Source of the DNA: an uncultured Gemmatimonadaceae bacterium
GTDB taxonomy: Bacteria > Gemmatimonadota > Gemmatimonadetes > Gemmatimonadales > Gemmatimonadaceae
Reading direction: 5' to 3'
Assembly: GCA_963817955.1 (NCBI GenBank)
Contig: CAWFQK010000003.1
Location: 128,001-192,000 of the forward strand
Length of the DNA: 64,000 bases
The notes below the pieces were generated by a model that was not told the origin of the DNA, made no database searches, and saw nothing but the letters and a program-made list of their open reading frames with translations. Positions within the stretch are counted from its first letter, which is position 1. Each line of letters starts with the position of its first letter. Positions 20,249 to 32,184 of the stretch are shown here, one piece after another. The translations under genes were made by a program, and so were the position numbers.

Positions 20249-23173
20249 ATGCAAATTCACCCAAGTATCGGCGACGCGGACGAGCTCACGGTAGACGTTC
20301 GACACTCTGAGGCCCTGCTGAACATCGGGGCGCTTCAGAACGCGATCTTCAACAGCGCGAATTTCTCGAGCATCGCCACCGACGCCGCTGGCGTCATCCA
20401 GATCTTCAACGTGGGCGCCGAGCGGATGCTCGGCTACACGGCCGCGGAAGTGATGAACAAGATCACGCCCGCGGACATCTCCGATCCGCAAGAGCTGATC
20501 GTGCGTGCCAAGGCGCTCAGCGCCGAGCTGGGCACCACGATCCTGCCCGGGTTTGAGGCGCTCGTGTTCAAGGCGTCGCGCGGTATCGAGGATATCTACG
20601 AGCTCACGTACATCCGGAAAGATCGGAGCCGTTTTCCGGCCGTCGTCTCCGTCACGGCGCTTCGCGACGCGCAGGATGCGATCATCGGCTATTTGCTGAT
20701 CGGCACCGACAATACGGCGCGCAAGCAAGCGGAAGAAGCGTTGCTCAAGGCGGCCGCGTTGCAAAACGCGATCTTCAACAGCGCGAACTTCTCGAGCATT
20801 GCCACCGACGCCAACGGCGTCATCCAGATCTTCAACGTGGGCGCCGAGCGGATGCTCGGCTACACGGCCGCGGAAGTGATGAACAAGATCACGCCCGCGG
20901 ATATCTCCGATCCGCAAGAGCTGATCGTGCGTGCCAAGGCGCTCAGCGCCGAGCTGGGCACGGCGATCCTGCCCGGCTTCGAGGCGCTCGTGTTCAAGGC
21001 GTCGCGCGGCATCGAAGACATTTACGAGCTCACGTATTTCAGAAAGGACGGCAGCCGTTTTCCGGCCGTCGTCTCGGTCACGGCGCTTCGTGACGCACAG
21101 GATGCGATCATCGGCTACTTGCTGATCGGCACCGACAACACGGCGCGCAAGCAAGTGGAAGAGGAACGTCAGAAGCTCGATCAGCGGCTGCGCGATCAAC
21201 ATTTCTACACGCGCTCGCTCATCGAGTCCAATATCGACGCGCTCATGACGACCGATCCGCGCGGCATTCTCACCGACGTCAACAAGCAGATGGAAGCGTT
21301 GACGGGGTGCACGCGCGACGAATTGATCGGCGCGCCGTTCAAGAACTACTTCACCGAGCCGGCGCGAGCGGAAGCGGCGATCAACGCGGTGCTGAGCGCA
21401 GGCAAGGCCACCAATTACGAGCTCACGGCGCGAGCCAGAGACGGCACGCTCACCGTGGTGTCGTACAACGCGACGACGTTCCACGATCGCGACAGGAACT
21501 TGCAAGGCGTGCTCGCCGCCGCGCGCGACATGACGGAGCTCAAACGCTTCGAGCACGCGCTGCAGCAGAAGAACGCCGAGCTCGAGGACGCGAGCCGGTT
21601 GAAGTCGGAGTTCCTCGCCAACATGTCGCACGAGTTGCGCACGCCGCTCAACGCGATCATCGGCTTTTCCGAAGTGCTGCGCGACGGCTTGATGGGCGAG
21701 TTGACCGTGAAGCAGCGCGGGTCCATCGGCAACATCTTCGAGAGCGGCAAGCATCTGCTGTCGCTGATCAATGACATTCTCGACCTCTCCAAGGTCGAAG
21801 CGGGCAAGATGACGATCGACCTCGAGTCGGTCGAGATCCCGCCCCTCTTCAAGAACAGCTTTTCCATTATCAGGGAAAAGGCCGCGCAGCGCCACATCCG
21901 GTTGACCATGGACGTTCCCAAAGATCTCGGATCCATCCCGGCGGATGCGCGCAAGGTCAAGCAGATCGTGTACAACCTGCTGTCGAACGCCGTGAAGTTC
22001 AGTGTCGACTCGGGCGAGGTGATTCTGAGTGCGGGCAGGGTGCCGCGCGCCGACGTCGGCCAACTGGCCGACGAGCAGCACGGGCGCAGCTTCCCGTTGG
22101 CGGAAAACGAGTTCGAGGAGTTCTTCAAGATCAGCGTCAGCGATGACGGCATCGGCATCTCGGCGGATGGGTTGCAGCGGCTGTTCACGCCCTTCACGCA
22201 GGTCGACGGCGGATTGGGGCGCAAGTTCGAGGGCACGGGACTCGGGCTCGCGATGGTCAAGTTGCTCGCCGAGTTGCATGGCGGTTCCGTGGCGGTGGAG
22301 AGCACCGTGGGCGAGGGCTCGACCTTCACGGTCTGGCTGCCGATTCGCGCCGCTGAGAAGCCCGCGGTCGCGTCGCCCAAGGCTGCCGTCATCTCGCGGG
22401 CCGAGGCATTGGACGGCGCAGGCACCGCGCTCGTCATCGAGGACGATCCGCGATCCGCTGAGTTGATCCGCGTTCAACTGGAAGCAGAGGGATTCACCGT
22501 GCTCGTCGCCACGTCCGGAGAAGCGGGACTCGAGCTGGCGCGGCAAAACGAACTGTCGCTGATCACGCTCGACGTCCTCCTCCCGGGGATGGACGGGTGG
22601 GGTTTCCTTGGGCGCCTGAAGCGGATTCCCACGCTCAAACGCATCCCCGTCGTGATCATCTCGATCGTGGCGGAGCGCGATAGAGGGTTCGCGCTTGGCG
22701 CGGCGGCGGTGATGCAAAAACCAATATCGCGCCGCGAGCTGAGTGACGCCCTCATCGAGCTTGGACTCTTGCCGCTCAGGCCGGGCGAAGCGCTTCGCGT
22801 GCTCGTCGTGGACGACGACCCCAAGGCGGTGGACTTGATGACCACGCGGCTGGCCGGCTTGGCTACCGAGGTCCTCTGCGCGCACGGCGGGGCCGAGGCG
22901 ATCACGGTGGCTCGGCGAGAGATGCCGGACTTAATCGTGCTCGACCTCCTGATGCCCGACGTCAACGGGTTCGACGTGGTGGACGCGCTGAACGAAGACG
23001 CGGAAACTGCTCGCATTCCGATCATGGTCGTGACCTCGAAGAACATCACGGACGCCGACCGCGACCGGCTGGACGGCCACGTGTCATCGATCATGGAAAA
23101 AACCCCGTTCAGTCCCGACCGATTCCTGGCGCAAGTGCGCCGGGCAATGTCTGTTCGGCATACGGTGGCGTAA
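20249..23173 (+). CDS. Hybrid sensor kinase (3 PAS - HisKA - HATPase - 2 REC)
   Basis: MSHELRTPLN, NLLSNAVKF and GTGLGL motifs; two receiver domains (VIEDD, VVDDD). Confidence 0.93.
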   Translation: MQIHPSIGDADELTVDVRHSEALLNIGALQNAIFNSANFSSIATDAAGVIQIFNVGAERMLGYTAAEVMNKITPADISDPQELIVRAKALSAELGTTILPGFEALVFKASRGIEDIYELTYIRKDRSRFPAVVSVTALRDAQDAIIGYLLIGTDNTARKQAEEALLKAAALQNAIFNSANFSSIATDANGVIQIFNVGAERMLGYTAAEVMNKITPADISDPQELIVRAKALSAELGTAILPGFEALVFKASRGIEDIYELTYFRKDGSRFPAVVSVTALRDAQDAIIGYLLIGTDNTARKQVEEERQKLDQRLRDQHFYTRSLIESNIDALMTTDPRGILTDVNKQMEALTGCTRDELIGAPFKNYFTEPARAEAAINAVLSAGKATNYELTARARDGTLTVVSYNATTFHDRDRNLQGVLAAARDMTELKRFEHALQQKNAELEDASRLKSEFLANMSHELRTPLNAIIGFSEVLRDGLMGELTVKQRGSIGNIFESGKHLLSLINDILDLSKVEAGKMTIDLESVEIPPLFKNSFSIIREKAAQRHIRLTMDVPKDLGSIPADARKVKQIVYNLLSNAVKFSVDSGEVILSAGRVPRADVGQLADEQHGRSFPLAENEFEEFFKISVSDDGIGISADGLQRLFTPFTQVDGGLGRKFEGTGLGLAMVKLLAELHGGSVAVESTVGEGSTFTVWLPIRAAEKPAVASPKAAVISRAEALDGAGTALVIEDDPRSAELIRVQLEAEGFTVLVATSGEAGLELARQNELSLITLDVLLPGMDGWGFLGRLKRIPTLKRIPVVIISIVAERDRGFALGAAAVMQKPISRRELSDALIELGLLPLRPGEALRVLVVDDDPKAVDLMTTRLAGLATEVLCAHGGAEAITVARREMPDLIVLDLLMPDVNGFDVVDALNEDAETARIPIMVVTSKNITDADRDRLDGHVSSIMEKTPFSPDRFLAQVRRAMSVRHTVA
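20330..21155 (+). repeat. Tandem 426-bp duplication encoding two near-identical PAS domains
   Basis: ALQNAIFNSANFSSIATDA...TDNTARKQ starts at 20330 and again at 20756. Confidence 0.93.
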
Positions 23174-23174
23174 C

Positions 23175-23543
23175 ATGACACGAGTGCTTGTCATCGAAGA
23201 CAACGCCGCGAACATGACGCTGGCGACATTCCTGCTGGAGTCGTCGGGATACGCCGTGCTCAGCGCGTCGGACGCCGAGACCGGGCTCACACTGGCTCGC
23301 GAACAGCAACCCGACTTGATCCTGATGGACATCCAGCTGCCTGGTATGGACGGGCTCCAGGCGACGACGCTTCTCAAGGCGGACAAAGCGACGCGCGCGA
23401 TTCCAGTCGTCGCGCTCACGGCGCTCGCGATGAAGGGCGACGAGGAGCGCATTCGCGCCGCGGGCTGCGACGCCTACATCGCCAAGCCGATGCGTTACAA
23501 GGAATTTCTCGCGGTCGTCGAGGCGCAGCTGGCGCCGGCATGA
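23175..23543 (+). CDS. Single-domain response regulator (DivK-like)
   Basis: VIEDN, LMDIQLPGMDG, ALTALAM and YIAKP motifs. Confidence 0.92.
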   Translation: MTRVLVIEDNAANMTLATFLLESSGYAVLSASDAETGLTLAREQQPDLILMDIQLPGMDGLQATTLLKADKATRAIPVVALTALAMKGDEERIRAAGCDAYIAKPMRYKEFLAVVEAQLAPA

Positions 23544-23638
23544 CCGACGTCGGGATTCCCGTGCCTGGAATGGACGGCAACGCGGTGACGGCCGCGATCA
23601 ATGGCCGCACTCGGACCGCCGCACGAGACGCCTCTCAC

Positions 23639-24925
23639 ATGAGCCGAAACAAGAAGATCGTGATCGCGGCCGCGGCGCTGATGGCCGTCGTTGCCGCGTT
23701 CTGGTTCGTTCGCCGCGCTCGCGCGGGGGACGAAACGAGCTATCGGCTCGCCCCCGTGACACTCGGAAGCGTGCAGCAGACCGTATCGTCGACCGGCGCG
23801 TTGAGCGCAGTGAAGACCGTGCAAGTCGGGACGCAGGTCTCCGGGCAAGTCGCGCAAATTCTCACCGACTTCAATAGCCGGGTGGCGAAAGGCCAACTGC
23901 TCGCCCGCATCGATCCGGTGCTCCAGGAGCAGGCGGTACGAGACGCCCAAGCGCAGCTCGAGAAGGCGCAGGCGCAGGTGCTTCAAGCGCAGCAAGAATA
24001 CAATCGCAACCAACCGCTGTTCAAGCAGCAGTTCATCAGCGCGACTGAATTCGGGACGATGCAGGTCAACCTGTCCGTCGCGCAGGCTGGCGTAAAGTCG
24101 GCGCAGGTCGCGCTCGACAAAGCCAAACAGAATCTCTCGTACACGAACATCTACGCGCCGATCAACGGCGTGATCGTCGAGCGCGACGTCGACGTCGGCC
24201 AAACCGTCGCGGCCAGCCTGTCGGCGCCTCAGCTCTTTCTCATCGCGCAGGATCTCGCACAGATGCAGATCCTCGCCGCAGTCGACGAGAGCGACATCAG
24301 CGCCATCAAAGACGGGCAAGCGGCGCAATTCACGGTCCAGTCGTTTCCCGGAAGCACGTTCGACGGCGTCGTGCAGCAGGTGCGCTTGCAATCGAAGCTC
24401 ACCGACAACGTGGTCAGCTACACGGTCGTCGTCACGCTCGACAACGCCGACGCGAAGCTGCTTCCCGGCATGACGGCGACGGTCCAGTTCATCACCGGTT
24501 CGGCGACGAACGTGCTGACCGTTCCCAACGCCGCGTTGCGCTTCACGCCGACGTCGGACGAGCGCGCGGCATCGGGTCTGCCGCTCTCCGCCGCGACGAC
24601 CGATTCCACGCGCGGCCCGCGCGGCGCGGGCGGAACGTCATCTGCGCCCATTGCGGGAACAGCCGCCACGCGGCCACGAAGGGCGAACGGATCACCCGGA
24701 GGCGCGGGCAGTCTTTGGACGCTCGATGCCGACAAGAAGCTCAAACGCATTCCGGTGCGCGTCGGGCTGAGCGACGGCCAGCGCTCGCAGGTGAGTGGAA
24801 CCGGGCTCGCCGCGGGAACGCAAGTGATCATCGGCACGAGTTCGGCGAGTTCGACGGCTCCGACGGCTCCGACGGCCAATCCGCTCACGCCGCAAGGCGG
24901 CGGCGGACGCCGGGGCGGCGGTTGA
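23639..24925 (+). CDS. Efflux RND/MacA-type periplasmic adaptor subunit
   Basis: N-terminal TM; VQVGTQVSG, IYAPING and LLPGMTA motifs. Confidence 0.9.
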   Translation: MSRNKKIVIAAAALMAVVAAFWFVRRARAGDETSYRLAPVTLGSVQQTVSSTGALSAVKTVQVGTQVSGQVAQILTDFNSRVAKGQLLARIDPVLQEQAVRDAQAQLEKAQAQVLQAQQEYNRNQPLFKQQFISATEFGTMQVNLSVAQAGVKSAQVALDKAKQNLSYTNIYAPINGVIVERDVDVGQTVAASLSAPQLFLIAQDLAQMQILAAVDESDISAIKDGQAAQFTVQSFPGSTFDGVVQQVRLQSKLTDNVVSYTVVVTLDNADAKLLPGMTATVQFITGSATNVLTVPNAALRFTPTSDERAASGLPLSAATTDSTRGPRGAGGTSSAPIAGTAATRPRRANGSPGGAGSLWTLDADKKLKRIPVRVGLSDGQRSQVSGTGLAAGTQVIIGTSSASSTAPTAPTANPLTPQGGGGRRGGG

Positions 24926-25715
24926 TGACGACGCGTGTGGTGGCGAGCGAATCGCGCCCCGTGATCGACGTCGCCAAGGTGACGAAGATCTATCGAATGG
25001 GCGACAACAAGGTGTTCGCGCTGCGCGGCATCGATCTCACCGTGTTTCCCAATGAGTTGTTGGCCGTGATGGGTTCGTCGGGCTCCGGCAAGTCGACGCT
25101 GATGAACATCCTTGGCTGCCTCGACGTGCCGACGACGGGACAATACGCGCTGGACGGCGTTCGCGTCGACGACTTGTCGAGGAACCAACTAGCCGACCTG
25201 AGAAATCAAAAGCTCGGATTCGTGTTTCAGGGCTTCAACCTGCTCGCGCGTACGTCGGCGATCGAAAACGTCGAGCTGCCGCTGCTGTACGATCGCACGG
25301 GCCGGTTCAAGGATCCGCGGGCCGCTGCCGCCGAGGCGCTCGAGCGCGTTGGGCTTGGCGAACGATTGGACCACCAGCCGAGCGAATTGAGCGGCGGCCA
25401 GCAGCAGCGCGTTGCGATCGCGCGAGCATTGGTGACCCACCCCACGCTGCTGCTCGCCGACGAACCGACGGGGAATCTCGACAGTCGCACGACCGTCAGC
25501 GTGATGGCGTTGCTCCAGGAGCTGAACGATCAAGGCGTCACGATCGTGATCGTGACCCACGAGCCGGATGTGGCGCGGTATGCCAAACGCATTGTCGAGC
25601 TGCGCGACGGCCAGATCCTTCGCGATCATCCCGTGGACGATCGCCGAAACGCCGCGACGGATCTCGCGGGACTCGGTGACGAGGTCATCGCGATGCCCGG
25701 CGAGGCGACGGCCGC

Positions 25716-25719
<4 letters not shown>
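24925..25719 (+). CDS. ABC transporter ATP-binding protein (MacB/LolD type)
   Basis: [17 protein letters not shown] and ADEPTGNLD motifs; ATG overlaps the upstream TGA. Confidence 0.93.
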
Positions 25720-26929
<1,210 letters not shown>

Positions 26930-26933
<4 letters not shown>

Positions 26934-28285
26934 GACACGTCCGCCTGAGACTCGCGCTCTTTCCGCTCGCGCTCGCCGCGAGCGCACCGGCGATTCGCGC
27001 GCAAGACACCGCGACGACGCGGCGCGCCAACGGCGGACCCATCACGCTCGCCGAAGCAATTCGCATCGCGCTCGCGCAGAGCAGCTCGGTGCGGCTCGCG
27101 CGTAGCTCGACCCTGCTCGATTCCCTCACGGTCCGCCAATTGCGCAACGCGTTCCTCCCGACGCTGTCGGTGAGCTCGCAGTCGTCACAGGCATTTGGAG
27201 ACGGGTCGAATTCGCGGAACACGTTCTCCACGAGCGGCGGTGTGTCGAGTGGAATCACGCTGTACAACGGGCGGCAGAACACCAATTCGCTCCGCGAATC
27301 GGAGCTATTCCTGCGCGCCGGCGGGCAGGACCTCAGCCGCGCCCGGCAAACCGTGGTCTTCACCGTGGCATCGGACTTTCTGAATCTCATCACGCAGCAG
27401 GAGCAGGTGCGGGTGCAGGCGGAGAACCTCGTGGCACAGCAGGAGGAGCTCACCCAACTCGAGGCGTTTACCAAAGCGGGGACGCGCCCGATCGGGGATT
27501 TCTATCAGCAGCAGGCAGCGGTGGCGGCGACGCGGCTCGCGGCGGCGAACGCGCGCCACGCGACGGAGCTCGCCAAGGTCGACCTCATCCAGGATCTCCT
27601 GCTCGACCCGCGCGCGAATTATACGTTCGCCGCACCGTCGCCACGTGACACCACGAGGTCAGGGCCGGCGTTCGATCTCGACAGCCTGATCACCGTCGCT
27701 GTCGCTCAGCGCGCCGACGTGCAGGCGCAGCGGTTCCGCGTCGACGCGGCAAAGCGCGAGATTCTGGTCGCGGAGGGCGGGCGCTTGCCCGTCATCTCAG
27801 CGAGCGGCGGCTACAGCAGCGGATTCAACAGCGCCACCGACGGCAGCTTCGCCAGTCAGCTCGACCAGCGGCGAGGCGGCTCGCTCGGCGTTGGCATCTC
27901 GGTGCCGGTCTTCGACCGCGGCGCGGTGTCGATCGCGCGTCAGCGCGCGCAGATCCAGCTCGAGAACGAGACGCTCCTCCTGCGCGACGTCGAGCAAACG
28001 GTCGCGCTCGAGGTGCGCCGCGCGTTGCTCGACTATCAAGTCGCCCAGGAGCAGCTCGTCGAATCGACGGCGCAACAGCGCGCGGCAGCGCTCGCGTTGG
28101 AGGCGGCCCAGGCACGCTACCGCGACGGCGTCTCCACGTTCGTGGAAGTCGCGATCGCGCGTGCGACCCTCATTCAGGCGCAAAGCTCGGTGGTGAACGC
28201 GCGTTCGAGCCTGGCGTTCCAGCAAGCGCTGATGTCGTACTACACCGGCGTGCTCGGCCCCGGTAATGCGCGGCTCGAGCGGTGA
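26930..28285 (+). CDS. TolC family outer membrane efflux protein
   Basis: Signal peptide; ITLAEAI..AL; two helical/beta repeats; operon context. Confidence 0.88.
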
Positions 28286-28388
28286 TCACATCCCGGACGC
28301 GAGCGCCGCGCCGGGCAACGTTCGCGGCCGTGCCAATTCCGGCACGGCCGCAAGTAGGAAGCAACCAAGACACAGTGAGGCACGACGG

Positions 28389-29111
28389 ATGAAGCACATC
28401 AAAGTGTTGGGCGCGGCGATCGCGCTCCTGACCATTGGCGGAAGCAGCGTCGCGTTCGCGCAGGGCCGCGGACGCGGGCGAGGTGAAGTTCAGAATCAAC
28501 AGCAACCGGTCGTTCCCCCCGCCGAGCAGCAGCGGCGCATCAAGGAGGAGCAGCAGCGCGCGGCGGTCTACCAGAAGCAGCTCGACCAGCAAGTGCGCGT
28601 GGTCCAGCAGAAGACCGCGGTGCTGGAGAAACAGCGGCGCCAGGCCGCGCTCAAAGCTCAGCAAGACTACGCGCGGCAGCTGGCGGAGCAGCAGCAGCAC
28701 CTACAGACTCGGCGCGACTACGAGAACGATCCCTACATCAGGACACCGGTCCAGTATCGCTACGTCGTGGCGGGCAGCTCGCGCCAAACCAACGACTACG
28801 GCGCACAGGTGCTGCGCGATGCGGTGAACCGTGGCTACCAGCAGGGCTACGTCGCGGGCGAGGCCGACCGGCAGGACCGCTGGAGGTCGAATTATCAAAA
28901 CTCCCCGGCATATCAGGACGCGAACTATGGATACACCGGTCAGTACGTCGCCCAGGGCGATTACAACTACTACTTCCGCCAAGGGTTCAAGCGCGGGTAT
29001 CAGGACGGGTATGCGGCACGGCACCAGTATGGAACCAGTGCGGCCAACGGGAGCCCGTCCATTCTGAGCAACGTGCTCACGGCGATCCTGGGACTCGTGA
29101 AGATCCCGTAA
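28389..29111 (+). CDS. Secreted Gln-rich hypothetical protein with GYxxGY motifs
   Basis: Signal peptide (AFAQ); Q-rich coiled coil; GYQQGY and GFKRGYQDGY. Confidence 0.65.
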   Translation: MKHIKVLGAAIALLTIGGSSVAFAQGRGRGRGEVQNQQQPVVPPAEQQRRIKEEQQRAAVYQKQLDQQVRVVQQKTAVLEKQRRQAALKAQQDYARQLAEQQQHLQTRRDYENDPYIRTPVQYRYVVAGSSRQTNDYGAQVLRDAVNRGYQQGYVAGEADRQDRWRSNYQNSPAYQDANYGYTGQYVAQGDYNYYFRQGFKRGYQDGYAARHQYGTSAANGSPSILSNVLTAILGLVKIP

Positions 29112-29200
29112 CTCGCGCGTTCACGAGCATAGTGTAAATCGTGGCGACCGGCGACGGCCTGTATCGCTCGTCCTGACATCGGTGGCTCAGTCCTGTTGTG

Positions 29201-30076
29201 CTAACGCTCAGGCCGTACGCCCAGGACGCAGCGCAGGGCCGCCGCCTGCGCCGGGATATGATCTCGGCCCACTTCGGCAAAGACCCGTGCACCCGAGGCC
29301 TGCAGGGCAGCGGCGAGTTGATCGTACATGTATTCGTCACGGAACAGCGAGCTGGCGCGATTCACGTCGTTGAAGAACACGCTGCCCGTCTCGGCGGAAG
29401 TATGATTGGGATCAAACCATTGATCGGGTACGAGGATCGGATCCATGCGTGGGAACACCCGACCGAACGCCGCCCGCAGCGCGCTCGTGTCCGGGAGAAC
29501 GTCCGCCAGTTGGGGAGCGCGCTTGCGTGTGTCGGCCACGGCCTGGGCGAACGCCGTGTCGAGCGCGCGACCGGTCGGATGAAGCCGGGTTCGCACCTCG
29601 TTGACAATCCGTAGCGAGAAGAACAGCATCACCTGTTCGGGCGGGAACTGGCCCAACAGATGATCGACTTCCGCCGCCCGCGATGGTTCGAGCGAACGCG
29701 CCGGCACGCCGCTCTTCCGCGCCAGAAACCGCAGGAGCCCCGGCTCACCACCGCGACGGATCGCCACGTCGGCCGAATCGGCCGTGGACCCGATTGGCCC
29801 TTCGTAAAACGCGATCGTAGGCTGGAGCTTCTCCCACGCCGATGTCATCGTGGCCCACTGCTCATCGGTCGGGTCGTACGTGTGTCGCACGCCGACATAT
29901 GCAAGGCGCGCCCCTCCCGCGCTCTGCAGATCGAGACCAAACGGCCGCTTCCGATTGCGCGCCGCCTCCATTTGCGATACCACGAGTGTCTTACAGCGCG
30001 CGACGCTATCCGCCGACGATTGGGCTGCGCAGACCGAGGAGACACCGGCCAGGATGATGAGGAGGAGCTTGCGCAT
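29201..30076 (-). CDS. Secreted protein, possibly TraB/GumN/Tiki superfamily
   Basis: Signal peptide; ordered motifs GVRH, FYEG, RDEYM and VGRDH. Confidence 0.55.
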   Translation of the reverse strand: MRKLLLIILAGVSSVCAAQSSADSVARCKTLVVSQMEAARNRKRPFGLDLQSAGGARLAYVGVRHTYDPTDEQWATMTSAWEKLQPTIAFYEGPIGSTADSADVAIRRGGEPGLLRFLARKSGVPARSLEPSRAAEVDHLLGQFPPEQVMLFFSLRIVNEVRTRLHPTGRALDTAFAQAVADTRKRAPQLADVLPDTSALRAAFGRVFPRMDPILVPDQWFDPNHTSAETGSVFFNDVNRASSLFRDEYMYDQLAAALQASGARVFAEVGRDHIPAQAAALRCVLGVRPER

Positions 30077-30422
30077 AACCGCCCTTGATAGTTGATCGCA
30101 GAGTTTGACACCGTCCCGTCCATTTTGGTTCAGGCCAGCCCAGTCGTTGATTGCGCAGAACAGGAACTCTCCGAGGCCGCACAATCGCGCGAGTTCGCGC
30201 ATTCCGCCGCCGCGGGTTGGCCAGGGCTGTAGGTTGCCCACCATGCGTCTTGTTCTTGACCGGTAAGGGGTGTTCCCCGACTCTCGCCGGCGACCTGCTT
30301 GATGGGAAGCGTCGTCGCCATTGGGGGTGACCGATGGCCCTTTCAGCCTGAGCCGCAATCCGATTGCCACGAATAACGGTATGCGTCATAATTGCGGCAT
30401 GCCTCCGTCGTCCGCCTGACCC

Positions 30423-30707
30423 GTGATCCGCTCGTTTGCCGACCGCGGGACTGAAGACATCTACAATGGCATCGATTCCCGTGTCGCGCGGCGGACCTGC
30501 CCGACCTCGCTGTGGCCTGTCGTCCAACCGAAGTTTGACTACCTCGATGCCGCCGTGTCGCTGCGGATGCCGCCCGCCAATCAGTTAGAGGCGCTCAAGG
30601 GCAATCGAAAAGGCCAGCACAGTATTCGAATCAACCGACAGTTTCGGATGTGCTTCGTCTGGACACCGGATGGTCCGCAACATGTCACTATTGTCGACTA
30701 TCACTGA
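30423..30707 (+). CDS. higB: HigB (plasmid maintenance killer) toxin
   Basis: MIRSFADRGTEDI...LEALKGNRKGQHSIRINRQFRMCF...IVDYH. Confidence 0.88.
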   Translation: MIRSFADRGTEDIYNGIDSRVARRTCPTSLWPVVQPKFDYLDAAVSLRMPPANQLEALKGNRKGQHSIRINRQFRMCFVWTPDGPQHVTIVDYH

Positions 30708-30714
30708 GGGCGCC

Positions 30715-31026
30715 ATGGTTCGCATTCCCACCCACCGACCGCCGACACATCCCGGCGAGATGCTGCTCGAAGAGTTTCTGAAGCCCTTAGCGCTCACGCA
30801 GACCGAACTCGCCGAGCGACTCGGGGTCTCGTATCCCCGGGTTAATGAGCTGGTGCACGGCAAGCGGGATATGACGCCGGATACGGCTCTCCGGCTTGAG
30901 CGCCTGCTCGGCGTTGAGGCGCAGGCGTGGCTCAACCTCCAGCTCGCATGGGATCTGTATCACGCCACGCATTCCAAGGCTGCGCAGCAAATCCAGCAGA
31001 TCAAGCCCCTCAAGCGCGCCGGCTGA
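30715..31026 (+). CDS. higA: HigA antitoxin (HTH)
   Basis: PTHPGEMLLEEFL...NELVHGKR..TPDTALRL...WLNLQ. Confidence 0.92.
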   Translation: MVRIPTHRPPTHPGEMLLEEFLKPLALTQTELAERLGVSYPRVNELVHGKRDMTPDTALRLERLLGVEAQAWLNLQLAWDLYHATHSKAAQQIQQIKPLKRAG

Positions 31027-31052
31027 CCCACATGCATCACTTGGCCGCTGTA

Positions 31053-31099
31053 TTACAACGAACGCTAAAGCTGACGAGGCAACAAGAGAGCGGTTAACG
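31053..31099 (+). mobile_element. Collapsed/partial attC site (plus strand)
   Basis: TTACAAC-GAACGCTAAAGCTGACGA matches the left arm of the attC at 49867-49968 (CAAC-GAACGCTGAAGCTGACGA); ends in GTTAACG. Confidence 0.55.
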
Positions 31100-31158
31100 T
31101 CTCCACTGTTGGTGGTGTCTATCGTTCGTTGCCATTCCAGCCACCAACGAGGATCCTG

Positions 31159-32116
31159 ATGACCAACCGAGTTGCATGCGCGATGATTCTGGCGAACCTG
31201 GTGGTGTGGGGCTCTCCCGCTCGCGGCCAAGCGACGAAGGCCGCCGCGCCGGCGACGAGGGCGGCAGTCGGACCGTTCGACGTGGAAATCGTCCAACGGG
31301 CCGCAGCGTTGCTTTCGTCTCCGCAGCGCTGGAATCGCGTCGACAACGGGAAGTGCCCGCGCACGGACACGACATACAGCGTTCGGTGTGCCTTGCGCCG
31401 CGCCGCGCCGTGGTCGAGGGCGCGGGGCTGGTGTGGAATCCCAATCCCGTTGCGGCGAGCACACGGTTATCGGCGGCGCGGATCGATTGCTCGATAGATG
31501 TTTCTGCTGACCATCCGGGCGGATCGTGCGGCACGCTGTGGGACGAGGTTCCCGTGGTCATCCTCTCGCGTGCCAAAGCGAACACCAGCGGCGCGTGGCG
31601 TAAGGACACGCGGCCGACCGAAGTGTGGGCCGGCACGATGGCCGACGCGGAGGGTCCGGTGGACTACGAGAGCCTCCACGGCGTCGAGATGGTGGCTCGG
31701 CGGCAAGCGTCCGACCAGCGCATCGACTTCAACAACGACTCGACGACTGGATTTGATGACGTGCGGGCGTACTTCCCGCGTTGGAAGGGCGTGTGCTTCT
31801 GGAGGGCGCGGCGGATCTCGAACACGCGACGGACAGGGTGGAGATCGAGATCTACGAGGGCGGCAATGGCGTGATCAGGACGTACAACGGCTGGTTCGCG
31901 GTCTCCGGCTTCAGTCTGCGCGGCTCCACCATGCGGTTTCAGATCGATACGACGAAAGAGATTGTGCCGAATGCGCTCGACCGCGAGATCGTGGACGAGC
32001 GCACGAAGGCGCGAGACTACAATCACCGCAGGATGGACTACAACAATGACCCCACGACGACACTCGCTGACGTGCACAGCCTGTTCGCCGAGGCGCTCGC
32101 GCGAATCAAGCCGTGA
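31159..32116 (+). pseudogene. Secreted protein with two DUF6197-like segments, two frameshifts
   Basis: Coding signal passes through three frames: WNRVDNGKCP..YSVRCAL, then DFNNDSTTGFDDV, then DYNNDPTTTLADV. Confidence 0.6.
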
Positions 32117-32184
32117 TGTGCAGCGTTCACGTGATGCTCAGCGTCTCATGGATAGGAATATCAATCTCCTCCTGAGAGTAGAAC

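Noticed and set aside
20138..22885. 915-aa minus-strand ORF with an internal repeat
   Set aside because: Mirror of the hybrid kinase and its PAS duplication.
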